Assembly (NCBI GenBank): GCA_013265495.1
Contig: MU057801.1
Coordinates: 1,357,879-1,421,878 of the forward strand
Length of the DNA stretch: 64,000 bases
Direction of reading: 5' to 3'
From: Vicugna vicugna
Taxonomy: Eukaryota
Shown here: piece by piece, positions 1 to 11,859 of the stretch
Numbering within the stretch: the first letter of the stretch is position 1
Layout of the letters: the number at the start of each line of letters is the position of its first letter
Program-made: the position numbers and the translations under genes
Notes under the pieces: model-generated
Seen by the model: the letters and a program-made list of their open reading frames with translations, nothing else
What the model was told of the DNA's origin: nothing
Databases searched by the model: none

Positions 1-240
1 TTTTGATGCTCAGATTGTCATAGGTGTTCCCAGTGGGTGGCCCTTCAGGCTGTCTCCTGTGTCCTTCTGATCCATCCCATCACTGAGCACTTATTTCTGT
101 GTTCTGACACAACAAGATATTCCACGTTCATCCCGTGCCTTCCCTGGAATCAGCCATTCCTACAGGGAACCCTTGTTCCTTTTTGTGGCGAATGGTATTT
201 AGAAACCAAGATCTGGGCTGTAGAGGTGCTCACAGCTCCT
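1..240 (-). mobile_element. Old L1 (L1MC4/L1MC5-like) 3' region fragment
   Basis: Contains tttgatgctcagattgtc...ctggaatcagccatt...gaatggtatttagaaaccaagatctggg, matching my recollection of antisense L1MC4/5; a homologous segment lies at ~55180-55350. Confidence 0.7.
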
Positions 241-619
241 AGGGTCTCCCGAGCTGAGAAACTGCTTTTCTCCCTCCTTCCCTGACTCCTTTTTCTTCTC
301 TCTCTCTCTCTCCATCCATTTATGTTAAAAACCCTAAGTTCATGCTGAACTCATTTGCTTCATTTGGGATAGAAGTTCAAAACAAATACTATGAGTTTGT
401 TGAAATTGTTGAAAGATCTTTTCTTCCATTCCTAAAAAAGTGACCTTTGTGGACTGGTTTCTGTACTGTCGTGTTATTAAGGCCAAACTAGAAACAGTCT
501 AACTATACTTTCTGTGCTGGGAGTAGAATTGTCAATCCAACCTGGGTCATGTTTGTGAACAAGAGAGGAGAAGGCTCATGTGTCATGTTAAAAACTTTGA
601 ATATTTTGTGTAGTTTTTG

Positions 620-1105
620 TTTGGGTTATCTATTACTAAACTGCCCCCTAAGCCGAGTGGCTTAAATACAACCACATTGCATCATATGTCATGAATGTTC
701 ATGATGGGAATTCAGACCTAGCTCAGCTGGGCACATCTGCTTTACCTGGACGCTGCCTGAGGTTACTGGGTGCTGTTCAGCCACTGGCCGCTCTGGTCTG
801 GAAAGTCCAAGATGTGCCTGGTGCCTTGGAGGGTGTGGCTGGGACACTGGACTGATTCTGTGGACTCAGGGGCTCTCTTCACAGTCTTTCCCACAAGGTC
901 TATGTGGTGGCTTGGGTTTCCAAGAGTGTGTGTTCCAAGACACAGGAAGTAGGATTTTCCCTCTCTTGAGGCTCAGGCCTTGAAGATGGTGCATTGTCAC
1001 TTGCCCCACATTCTCTGGGTCAGTGTTGTCACAGAGCCTGCTCAGACAAATGGGGAGGGTACAAGTCCCACCTGCCCAGGGAAGGGTGTCAAAAAACGTG
1101 CGGCC
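620..1105 (-). mobile_element. MLT1 (MaLR) solo LTR, degraded
   Basis: agtggcttaaatacaacc at one end and tgtcacttgccccacattctctgggtc...gtcacagagcctgctcagac at the other, typical of antisense MLT1. Confidence 0.7.
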
Positions 1106-2364
1106 CAGACGAAATGCCCTTGATTTCAGCTGCCGAGCAGCAAGGACTCACGGGTGCCACTGCCATTTTAGACGGCCGCCTTGACACTCCTTCAGAAGAA
1201 CGTGCCCAGTTCTCAGCATTCTTTTACTTCCCATGATGCTGGTTTTGATCGTGTTTATTGAAATGCAGTTTTCTCTCTGATTAATCTAAAAAAGAAAATC
1301 TGGGCTTATATTTTGTTTGTCTTTTTTATTTTATCTTCTGATAATTCGTTGTTACTGTATTTTACAAAAATACTGGTCTGAGGCTGATTGGGAACTTAGA
1401 AAAACCTGGTCTTCCCCCTCAGATGCTTTGAGAAGCGCTGTGACAGAAGACTGGGTTCTCAGAGTTTGTGCGATCTAAGCGGGTGGACCCACGGGTGAGC
1501 TGGGGCAGTGGCGCAGGGTGGGGAGCTGGGTCCAGCCTCTCCTCCCATCCCACGCTGGGCTCTTTGGAACCCGGGTGTCCATTCAGTGAAGGAAGAACTT
1601 TTTCTTCTCACAGATGTGAGATTCCCGGGAAGCCTGCCGGCAGCTTCCTGCCAGAGGGACAGCTGTCTGTCCACGGACGAGCCATGCGCCCAGCCAGGAG
1701 GGGAGCCAGTTCCAACCGAGGCCCCCAGAGACTCCTGGTGGCATGAATCAGGGCCCCCAAAGGTCTTCTCTATCAGGAACATCAAAGGAAAGGGTATTTA
1801 GTGTCCAATGTAAAGGCTTACATCTGGATAGTCACAACCCAGCCACACAAGTGTGGAGCAAAAATGACACATGAGAAAGGGGTGTGGTTGATCCTCAGTA
1901 AGGCCAATTGAAGTCACTAAGCCAAAAACAGAAGAATTAAATTAAATTTTAAAAAGAATGTTTCTAGATTCCATTCATGGGAATTCATATCTGGTCCAAA
2001 GGAAGTGTTCTGCTCCATGGGGAAAACGTGTGCATCCACTTGTCAGTGATTAACGCTCCACGGCCCGGGCTGGACTCCAGCGACACAGGAATGAGTGAGG
2101 TGCCGGCCGGCCCTGGAGAAGCTGCTGTTTGTTTTCCTAAGACTCACAACGGGGCGCCCACACTGGGCTAACTGCAGAGGGCTCGGACCCGATGCCACGC
2201 CATCATGGGGGTGTGGAAAATTGCAGTGAGTCCCGAGGACAGAACTGGAAGGCAAGAGACTCCGATGGTCACATATGGAGGAGGCTTAAAAGGACTGAGG
2301 CTGGCTGACCTGGTGACGAAAAGAGAGGGGACGATTGCTGCCACTTTTTAAATCTCCCGAACTG

Positions 2365-2700
2365 TGCCCACTGCTGCGAAGACCACATGGGGCTATTTAA
2401 ACAAACTTAATTACAACCGAGTACACTAAGACGTTCAGTTTCTTTTTTAAAGTTGAAGTAGCCTTGATTTGCAATGCTGTGCTCGTTTCTGATGTACAGC
2501 ATGGTGGTTCAGCTACACGTATGTAGACATACGTTCCTTTCCATATTCTTTTTCATTACCAGCTAGTATGAGCTACTGAATATAGTTCCCTGTGCTACAC
2601 AGTAGGTCCTTGTTTAGAACCTCAGGTTCTTATTGCAGTGGTCGCAGTCCGATGGTCAGTAGCCATAAGCGCCTGGTGGCAGTCGTATCGGACCGCACAG
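2365..2700. mobile_element. MER3/MER33-like hAT element, split by an L1 3' fragment
   Basis: accacatggggctatttaa on the left and gtagccataagcgcctggtggcagtcgtatcggaccgcacag on the right resemble MER3 arms. Confidence 0.55.
2441..2614 (-). mobile_element. 5'-truncated cetartiodactyl L1 3' end
   Basis: ttgaagtagccttgatttgcaatgctgtg...tgaatatagttccctgtgctacacagtaggtccttgttt; homologous to in-window copies at 6150, 15623 and 56655. Confidence 0.85.
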
Positions 2701-3049
2701 ACGCAGGGTCCTTCCCTCGTCCCAGGGGGCTCTGGTGGACTGTTCTGGAAGGACCCCACGTGGAAGACGAGTCCCCTTGTCCTCACTTTGTTTAGATCTG
2801 AGGGTTGAAATAATGATGATAAATAGTTGAAAATGTGAGCTGTGTGTTAGGAAAACCTTCTGCGCAGAAACAGCTCTTCAGAGGTGCCCCGTGGGCAGTG
2901 AGCCCTCCGTCGCTGGAGGAATGCCACCGGGCGGGTTGCTTTGGCTGACTTTTTCCTCTGAAGGATTCTCCAGGTTGTGAAAGGTCTTCTTCACCAAATG
3001 CTCATTCTATTCTAGCTGCTGAGCTCCAGGCTTTCCGGACATGACCCCC

Positions 3050-3140
3050 ATTTATCATTTCAGCAATTCTGCAAGTCAGGTGTTCTTATCCCCTTTTGAC
3101 AGATGAGGAGACACAACCAGCCAGGTGAGTTGCCTAGGTT
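3050..3140 (-). mobile_element. MIR SINE fragment
   Basis: ttatccccttttgacagatgaggagac MIR core. Confidence 0.65.
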
Positions 3141-3499
3141 CTGGAAAACGCAACGGGTCAATGGACTTTGGGGGTCTGATTCTAAAGCTCTTCACAGGTG
3201 CGCTTTAATCTTGAGACTGTAGATGCTCAGTAAAGACGGCTTGGCTAAACAAACTGCACCACGTAAATACACTAGTGTCTGAAAACAAAGCACAGATGAA
3301 CAACATTCTTGTGTGGCTTGTGATCTCAACCAAGTGAACGTAAATTACGTGTAGAAGAAAGGAGCATTAATGACAAAATATTAGCTTTGGTTGATAGTTT
3401 TGGTAGGAGTAGAGTTCATTTTTCCTTTTGGACAAAAAATATAACATATATGTTGTTTATTCAACAAAACAAACTTTACTTAAAAATATTAGATGTTGA

Positions 3500-3680
3500 G
3501 GGAGGGTGTAGCTCAGTGGTGGAGCGCACGTTTGATGCAAGAGGTCCTGGGTCAATCCCCAGTGCCTCCAATAATGCATGCATGCATTAATAAATAAATA
3601 AAGCTAATTATCTCCCCTCATCAAAAAAAAGAATAAAAAAATAAAATAGTTGGACAAAAAAAGAGAAGAGTTTATTTTAA
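3500..3680 (+). mobile_element. vic-1-type tRNA-Ala-derived camelid SINE
   Basis: Head gggagggtgtagctcagtggtggagcg (A box), ggtcaatccccag (degenerate B box), aataaa/ctaattatctcccc tail, A-rich end; TSD aaaatattagatgt (3483-3496) / gaaatgttagatgt (3681-3694). Confidence 0.9.
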
Positions 3681-3725
3681 GAAATGTTAGATGTGCACTA
3701 AGAGAATTTAGTGCCCACATAAAGT

Positions 3726-4190
3726 TGTAGTTAACTGTGGCTAGATTACAAGCCACCCCAAACACAGCGGCTTAAAGCAACAGTTTATTATTTCGATTCT
3801 GTGGTTGGCCGGGTGGCCCCTTAGCTGGTCTTCCCTGGGCTCACTTACATGGCCACGTTCGCTGGAGGTTGGCTGGGCTGGGCGGTCCCTCGGGGCTTCA
3901 CGCGCGTGGTTGGCGGTGGGTGCTGATTCCTCCACGTGTCCACTTCCCCCTCCCTACAACAGGAGGTTTCACCTGCTTCCTCATGGCTTCCAGGTAGCGT
4001 TCCAAGAGGACAAGGTGGCCCGGTAAGTTCTCTGGAGGCCTACGCTTTGGAACAGACCACATCAGCATCTCTGCCACATTGTGGGGCTAAAAGGCAGCCC
4101 AGATCCCAGGGATGGGAAGACAGACTTCACCTCATGATGGGAGAAGCCATAAAACATTGCGGCCGTTTTTGAAAATCCATCATCCATCAC
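3726..4190 (-). mobile_element. MLT1 solo LTR
   Basis: ccaccccaaacacagcggcttaaagcaacag...ggcagcccagatcccaggg...cagacttcacctcatgatgggagaagc...ccatcaca. Confidence 0.8.
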
Positions 4191-5789
4191 AAAATATGCA
4201 TTTACCCTCATCGAAAAGGGGCAGATAATGGTCTGTGGATTGTCTCAACCGCCATCATGGAAGGCTGGATTGATGTCCTTGCCATCTCTGGATGATGTGG
4301 TTAGACGACCACTGCTAGCAGCAAGGCGGCTGGGACGAGCGGGCTTTGGAGTGGGCTGGCCCATGGTGGGCACATCTCCTGCGGTCAGTCCCCTGGCCAA
4401 GGTGCTGCGCATCCACCTGACTGGCAGCCTCTGCACACCACCACCTCCTGGACAATCACCACTGGAAGCAGAGCTCTGCCCAGATGTCAGGGAAGCTGGG
4501 GGGGCCTCCCCAAGCCCCCTTGTCTACTCCCCCTGCTCCCAGCAATTCCCTTCATAGCGATAAATCCCTTAAAGGCAAGACATTCTGCGTAACTTTACCT
4601 CGCATTTGGTTTGGCTTAATATACATTTGTTAATTTTCTGAAATGATTGGATTTTTTTCCTCTCTTGTCTGAGGATAATTCCAGGCTGTTCCAGGGCTGG
4701 TCACTGGGAAGGGGCAATAGGACAACAGTTACTAGAACACAGGAATGCTTGACTTTGCTTCGAGATGGCAGAGAGAGCAACTTCACCTTGGGGTCTGCTC
4801 CTTCCCGTGGCTTGATGCCTTGTGCCCACGCCTCTCTCTATCCTCTGCCTTTTGCTGGGTCTCTGCTGGCAGGTGCACCCAGGTACACTTGGTAGCTGAC
4901 TCGGTGATGCAATGAAGTAAAAAAAAACACAAGCTCTGCCTTTCCCCTGATGACAACCACAGGGTTGTTTAAATAGCAGGGTTATTGATGCGCATTTGTC
5001 CCTTTCTCTCTCATTCCGCTTAATCATTGTCAGGAGGCAGAGAATGGTCTGTATGTTGATCAAGACCTGGAATCACTAACTTGGTGCTAAACCTCTAACG
5101 GGAGTGCAAGGAGGGGTGCCTGCCTTCCCAGGACACTCACTTCCTTCTGGATCCTCACGAGCCCCTGGAAGCCCCAGAGCTGCCTGGAGCAGGCGGGGCC
5201 CAGGCGGGCAGCCGGGGCCGATTGGCACCACAGACTGACTTGTATTTTCTCACTGTCCCTGTTTCTGAATCCTCAGTTTCTGAGGTCTTCCTGGGCACAC
5301 TATAATTTCAGGATTGACAATGAGGCTGACAAGAGTGAAAAGAAAATATATTTAGGGAAACAGGAATTTCTCTCAACCTTTATCCTGACATTCAGCAGTA
5401 GATGATGGATGTTTTAAATTGCTCTTGATAAGAAGCTATCAGTAGGAGTTATTTTGTTTCACAGATACCTGGCAGGTCAAAAACATACTCAAATTGAACA
5501 AATATTCTCAAATTAAGTACAGGGAATCGTAAGGCCAGGTAACTGGTGCTGCAGAAAGGAAGGGATTCAGAGGAACACATCTTCCCCCCAGCACTCGAGT
5601 GAGCCAAATTGTGTGGGAACAGACAGACAACTGGGGAGGTCAAAATGGAAATCAGGTGCTAGCTGGTTTCATCCAGAGAGCTGGGGATGCTTACGGAAGA
5701 CCCGCCACCCACGCTGTCAGGAGAGCTGGGCGGCTCAGCTGAGAGGACAAGTGGACGAGGGTCATTTAAGGACCCTTCAGTTTCAAATG

Positions 5790-5905
5790 TATTTCACTAG
5801 TCACTTTACCTCTCTGGGGCCTTAATTTCCCCGTCTGTAAAATGGGATGGTAATATCTTCACCACTGTTTGAGGAGTGAAGGTGTATACGTGAAACTGCT
5901 TCGAA
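5790..5905 (+). mobile_element. MIR SINE fragment
   Basis: cactttacctctctggggccttaatttccccgtctgtaaaatggga. Confidence 0.75.
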
Positions 5906-6149
5906 AATGACAATGCTCTCTTTGGCTAAGTGGTACCTGCTGTAATGATTAAGGCAGTGGGTGTGCCTCCCTTGCAAACCGCTTCCAAGCTGTCAGAAGT
6001 CGTGCACTTAATATATACATAAAACATCTATGACAGGTACATGATACATACATTATTTTAAATAATAGTCATCATTCACACATGTTTTTGGTGATTTCAT
6101 TTCTTTTTATTTAAAGAGTGGTTCCAAATTCCTTCTGGAGAAACGCAGA

Positions 6150-6358
6150 TTTTTTTTATTGAAAGATAGTTGATTTGCAGTGTTGCGTTAGTTTCAAGTG
6201 TGCAGCAAAGCGATTCAGTCATACATCTATACACGTATGTGTATGTATGTAGATACATACATTCTTTTTCAGATTCTTTTCCATTATCCGCTATTACAAG
6301 ATATTGAAGACCCTTCCCTGTGCTACACAGTAGGTGCTTGTTGTTTATCATCGTATAC
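6150..6358 (-). mobile_element. 5'-truncated cetartiodactyl L1 3' end
   Basis: Poly(T) then tattgaaagatagttgatttgcagtgttgcgttagtttcaagtgtgcagcaaagcgattcag...ttccctgtgctacacagtagg. Confidence 0.9.
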
Positions 6359-6359
6359 A

Positions 6360-6432
6360 CTTTGATTGAGCACCTACTACCTGCTGGGCACTGTGCTCAG
6401 TGCTGGAGATGTAAAACCAGTGAGGCAAAGCC
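6360..6432 (-). mobile_element. L2 3' end
   Basis: attgagcacctactacctgctgggcactgtgctcagtgctggagat. Confidence 0.75.
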
Positions 6433-7049
6433 CAGGTAATAATGCTCTGTCATAACATCACAGCCCATATCACCTGTTACAGTTCGTAGATAAAGAATTG
6501 TGAATATTTTTAATGCGAAGAATTTATTTCATGGTTATATTTTATATAAAGTATACAACGTATTCATTTTATGGCTGTCCACTAGTCTCATGTGCAGTAA
6601 GTCATACACATGGGACAAAATGTTCCAGCAGTAAAGGAAGATGGGACAGTCTTTATGTGAATTCGCAGGGCATTCTCAGGCATTCTCTAAGAAGCAGACC
6701 CTAAGAGCAGGATTTGAGAGCAAGGTGTTCATCTTGGAGAACCGATGTGTAGACACATGGAAATAGTGGAGTGAGGGCTTACGTGTGTGTATGTGTTCCC
6801 AGTACGTCTGGGAAGGCAACTCTGCAGCCCAGCAGATGGGGCTGGTTGGGCGCCTTGTAAATATGGCTTTTTGGCCACACTGCCTATATTTGTACTCAGC
6901 TGCTGAGAAAGTTGAAACACTCCAGTTATGCCTGGACCACTAAAATGTAACTGCAAAATATTCGGTGGATCTTGCGTATAAAAGTGTCTAACACTGATCG
7001 GGGTGAACCCTGACTGTGTGAGCTGAGCCCAGGTGTCAGACAGCGGGTC

Positions 7050-7270
7050 AGAATGGAGCACGTGACCTCGCTCAGGCCAGGAGGGGTGGGTGGGGCCAGG
7101 AGGTTTGGGAGAAACGTCCCTTCCTCCTAAAAAAAGAAATTGTCCTGTTTATTATTGAAGGCAAAAAACTGGAACTGACTCACCTTTTGTTACGTGAGAT
7201 CATAGATTTTCTTTGTTGTTGAGCCATTTTGAGTTGGGTTTTCTGTGACTTTAATTTGAGAGCATCTGAG
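7050..7270 (+). mobile_element. MLT1 (J/K-like) LTR fragments
   Basis: ttgttgttgagccattttgagttgggttttctgtgact...agcatctga resembles the MLT1 3' terminus. Confidence 0.55.
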
Positions 7271-7554
7271 CAGCCTCTGGAGCTGAGACAGAGACTGTGG
7301 TGGTGGTGGGGGGGTGGACAGTAGGATCAGCCTCATTCCCACAGGTGGGATTTGCTGGGTTCCGGCTGCTTTTAAAGGTCTGGGAGGAGGCTGGAGCTGT
7401 GTGTCATCCCAACGGAACCGATTCACACTTCGAATTCGGATGGCATGAGAAGTACGAGTAAAAGTACCTTTAGTGGTTGGCTACGACTCCTGCTTACTCT
7501 TTAAGACATTTATGTTCAATAGTGGTAAAATCCACTTAATATAAAATTCTCCAT

Positions 7555-8131
7555 TGAGGCGGGAAGCCCTATAAAAAGACCAGCAGGACCCCAAGCAGGG
7601 CCACTACTCTCGCGCCGGCACCATCCGGTTCCCTGGCCCAGAGGCTCTTATCTCACTTTTTGCCTCTGAAAGGGCTAACTTACCCCTAAAATTCTATTGG
7701 TTCCCTGAGCTCACTTCTGATTGGTTATTTCCTTCACTCCTGATTGGTTATTACTCTCACTTCTGATTGGTCCACTTCCCTAACTTCTGATTGGTCCATT
7801 TGTAGTACTTCATTTGCATGGAGCTCACTCCTGATTGCTTACTTCTCTCACTCCTGATTGGTCTATTTCTACAAAGCTTGTTCCTGGTTGGTCCACTTCT
7901 GTTATACTTTATTTGCATATGATGTTGCAAACTATAAAACTGGCAGCCTATAAAGGCCTGTGTAAACCTACAGACAGAGTCCAGAGCTTCGAGTGTTAGT
8001 TTTTGTGGGCCTGCTGCCATGATAAACCTGAGTTCTCCAACTCTTCGAGTGCTGCGTGTTCTCTCTCCTGGATCCAGGTTGCTGTCATGTGTGAACTATA
8101 ACACCTAGCTGTAACACATTTTTCCACAACA
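7555..8131 (+). mobile_element. ERV1-class solo LTR (577 bp) with tandem CCAAT-box array
   Basis: TG...CA termini; 4-bp TSD ccat (7551-7554) / ctat (8132-8135); ~23-bp internal repeats; TATA-like tataaaa 7933-7939; degenerate polyA signal gataaa at 8021. Confidence 0.85.
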
Positions 8132-8454
8132 CTATCTTAACATTTTTAATTGCACAGTTCAGTGAACTAAGTAGATTAACACTTGTGCACCCACCTCCCC
8201 CATCCATCTCCAGACCTTTTCCATCATTCTCAAGTGAAACTCTGTCCTCATTAAAAAATCACCCCCCATTCCTCCCTCCCCCAGGCCCTGGCAACCGCCA
8301 TTCTAATTTTTATCTCTGTGAGTTTGACCGTCCTAGGTACTTTACGTACCTGGAATCATACAGTGTTTGTCTTTTTGTGCCTGGCTTATTTTGCTCAGCG
8401 TAATACCCTCAGGGCCACCTCTGTTGTAGCATGCATCAGAACTAACTTCCTTTT

Positions 8455-8578
8455 TGGGGATGGGGAGCCGTCATTAGGTTGATTGATTAAGTAATTAATT
8501 TAATGGAGGCACTGCGGATTGAACCCAGCACCTCGTGGATGCTAAGCATACACTCTCCCACTGAGCTACACCCTTCCC
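8455..8578 (-). mobile_element. vic-1-type SINE
   Basis: aatggaggcactgcggattgaacccagcacctcgtggatgctaagcatacactctcccactgagctacacccttccc is the reverse complement of the tRNA-derived head. Confidence 0.9.
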
Positions 8579-8586
8579 TCCCTTGC

Positions 8587-8862
8587 CCAGTTTTGGTATC
8601 AGAGTAATCTTGGCCTCATACTGAGTTGCACAGTGTATGCCTTCAGTTTTCTGGAAGAGTCTGTGTAGAATTTCTATTACGTCTTCCTTAAATATTTGAC
8701 AGAATTCACCAGTGAAGCCATCTGGACCTGATGCTTTTCGGGGAGGTTTTACCTGATTCAGTTTTTTGGATAAATGCTGAGCTATTCAGATGATTTATTT
8801 TTGAACGAGCTTTTGCAGTTTGTATCTTTCACATATTTCGTTCATTTCATCTAAGTTGTCCG
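8587..8862 (-). mobile_element. Old L1 ORF2-region fragment between two vic-1 copies
   Basis: ttttggtatcagagtaatcttggcctcata...tttgacagaattcaccagtgaagccatctggacctg; from the L1 ORF2 interior, not colinear with the flanking L1MB 3'UTR. Confidence 0.8.
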
Positions 8863-8986
8863 ATTTTTTTTTTAGAGGGGGAGGTAACTAGGTTTATTTA
8901 TTTATTTTTTAATGGAGGTACTGGGGATGGAACCCAGGACCTCGTGCAGGCTAAGCAGGCGCTCCACCCCTGAGCTGTGCCCTCCC
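8863..8986 (-). mobile_element. vic-1-type SINE
   Basis: ggggaggtaactaggtttatttattt...aatggaggtactggggatggaacccaggacctcgtgcaggctaagcaggcgctccacccctgagctgtgccctccc. Confidence 0.92.
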
Positions 8987-11859
8987 TTCCTCTCTCCTTT
9001 TAAGGCTGAAAAATATTCCTGTTTACTCTTCAGGCTACCGTTTGGGGTCTTATGAGGTCTTCGAAATTCATGGTTGTGCTGGGAACCCAACCCAAGGAGA
9101 ATCCATGGGAAATCTCATGTTGTGGGGGTCCAGACCTTCCATACGGCAGCATCGTGCTCTGCCTGGACCTTCATGGCTCTTCTTTGCATCTGTGCCTCCT
9201 GGGTCCCCAAGGGAGACCAGGAGTCCTCTCTCCAGTCACCTGTGAAGGGCGTGGTGGGCTGAGAGGTGCCTTCACACGTCCTCTGAGTCTTCCCAGAAAC
9301 CAAACACATACGGTTTCTCTGTAATTATGTTCTGCATCATTTTTAGGTGGTGGTAGTGGTGGGGCTTGTTACAGCAGAGAGGTTCCCAAATAGGTGAAAG
9401 GGACAATCATAAAGGAACATGTCTGTTATGAAGTGGAGATTCCTTTTCTTTTTTAAATGTAGAGATTGAATACTTTTTTTTTTTTTGTTAATTCACATAC
9501 ACCTCTTTGGATAAGCAAGCCCCTCAGATGGAACGGCCCTCCTGTGGCAAATTCTAGTCCTGTAAACGGTTTAAAAAAAATAAGAGTATTTTTGTCGCCT
9601 CCTTCTCCTCCCACGAAGCTAAAACAGTTGATTTCTCCCGCTCTCACCTGCAGTGTGAACGTTGAATTAAACACTTACGGCGTTAACAATTAATGTGAGA
9701 GAAAAAACACCCAGCGAGGGCGATGAGCCGCCTCTAAACCCGGTGGAACTGAATGCAAATAAAAGGGGTTCAACAGTGTCATCTTCCTGCCCCGGACTCC
9801 TGGGAGGTTTTCCTTGAACTGGTTCACGTAGTCAGAAGCCTTACATTCTTTTCTGAAGGACGGTTGAGATAATTTTAATCATAATGGAGACGATATGCCG
9901 TGAAGTCTTTACAAAAAGGAACGGAGTGCGATGTGGGGGCGGGGTGGCGCCTGCATTAACGCGCACCCCTCTTGTCCTCACCGCGACGCGTGGTGACGGC
10001 GGAAAGTGACGCCAGGCTGCGCGAGGAGCCAGGGCTGTTCAGCGTGTTAACATCTCCATTATGTCTAGAAGCAGAAAATGGAACAGATAAAGCAGGTTGG
10101 GTTTTCCCCGCACTGTAATGTATGACAGAGTGTCACGGGAACTCATTGTCTGCCATGAATACAAAAATACGGGCCGTTCAGGCCCGACAGTGAGAACGCC
10201 AGTGAGTCCGTGAAAGCGCCCCGCTCGCAGGAGTCTGGCTTGCTTTTACTCTTATTTATTTCCCCCCACTAAGGCGGTTCCTTGAGTTGTCTCATCTTTA
10301 AAGTTTACGTGGCGTCCAGAATTGCTTCTTTTTTCCCTTCCTGCTCTGTTTCTAAAATGCAAGAAAGGCAGGATGAAATACAATGGAACCCTCGCATTGG
10401 TTTTCCTGGCCCCTTCATTCAGGCCAAGCGCCGTCTTGTTTGAGCGAACGATGGAACCATTTTCACAGGAGGCGCAGGCAGGACGTGGCAGAGCCCCCGC
10501 GCCGTGGGCCTGCTTTCCCGGCAAAGCGCGGGCTCCGACGCCCTGGCGGAGGCGGTCCTGATGGGCCCGCCCGGGGCGCACGCGTGGTCCTGCCCGCTCC
10601 CCAGCCTGGGACCTGCCTGCTGGGCACCGGGAGCGGAGCGGACGCCGTCCTTGGAGAGAGCCCGGGTGGTCTTCTCTGTGTCCCCGGGGCTCCTGGCTTG
10701 AGAAGAAGGGATTTCGGGAGGGAGCCCTTAGGACTCAGGAGTGATTCTGACCTCGAGCTGACGTTTTCAGGGCGAACAGCCTGCGGCGGGGCTGGCACGT
10801 TGGATGTCTGGCTCTGCCTGTGGCCACAAGGGGGTGTCAGGGACCGGGCGTGAAAGGAGAGGACATCTGAATTTGGGGAAACTTGAACATGTTACTTCCT
10901 GCCCCGCTTTGGAAATGACTGCTAATTCCGTGTGGGAAAAGCCCACATGGAGCCCTCGTCTCGTCTGGTTCACTCAGCCTCGGCCCCTGGAGACAGAAGC
11001 CGGGACAAAGTAGGATGATTTGGACTTAGTACACGAGGCCACACAAAGGTCCTACCTGCCGCAAGCAATCAGAAGCTTCGGGTCGACCCGTGCTTGGGTC
11101 TGCACAAAACTGTTTTTTTCAACCTAAAAGTTACTCTTGGTGCAAACTGTATCCCTGTTTCCTTAGCCCTGTGTCCTTTTTTTTTTTTAATCATTGCTGA
11201 TCCTGCTTACTCTGGACTCACTAAACATGCAGCCTCCAGTGCTGCCCTCTGCCCTCTCTCCCTTCTCTCCGTGAACTCAGAGCTCACGGTTTTCTTCAGG
11301 CATCAAGCTCGAGGTAGCAAGAAAGACGGGCTGAACGCTGAGGGCCCAGTCAGTTCAGAAACCATCCCAGCAGGAAGAGGGCAGAGGGAGGGAGAGGCCA
11401 GAGGTCTGCAATCCAGCTGGAAGTGGGGGAGGGGTGGAGGAAAGGGGGGCACCGAGGCCGGGGATTCTCAGAAAACACGGAGGATGCTTTCCTAGAAGCC
11501 CAGCCTCGCTGAAGCTGCTCCCCTCCCAGAACCCTTCCGGCTCTCCCAGCCCCAGGGCCTGGCCCCGTCCCTCTCCCCACCCCTTCCTCCTCCACCGACA
11601 GGAACACCCTCAGCTCCCTTTCTGCCAGAGCTTGGCTTGTCCTGCCACCTGCAGCCTGGACCTGAGAACCTTCACCATTTCCCCCAAGTCTGTCTAAATC
11701 GCCATCTCCCCCAGACCCCCGTCCTTTCTCCAGGGAAAGTAAGGTCTTCCCGGCCCTGGGCTGAGCTCCCCCTCCGCAGGCGTTGGGATGTGCTGCCCGG
11801 TGGCTTTCCCTGTCTCTCCAGGCTGGCATCAATTTTCTGTCCTCAGCTTTGCATCGGCC

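Larger units (their letters stand above)
7510..9020 (-). mobile_element. L1MB-like 3' end, interrupted by a solo LTR (7555-8131) and a composite SINE insert (8455-8994)
   Basis: Removing the inserts gives continuous L1MB-like sequence: gtggtaaaatccacttaatataaaattctccat|cttaacatttttaattgcacagttcag...gcatgcatcagaactaacttcctttt|aaggctgaaaaatattcc. Confidence 0.85.

Noticed and set aside
3500..3570. tRNA-Ala-like gene (also at 8505-8578, 8912-8986, 23745-23820, 26510-26586)
   Set aside because: These are SINE heads: mutually diverged, followed by a shared AT-rich tail, and with a TSD at the first copy.
7690..7900. CRISPR-like periodic short repeats
   Set aside because: Mammalian DNA; the units are contiguous degenerate tandem repeats inside an LTR with no unique spacers or cas genes.
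9030..9400. Possible LTR remnant (also 1310-1440, 6685-7000, 18560-18890, 48730-48915 as possible old elements)
   Set aside because: Similarity too weak to name or bound without a search.
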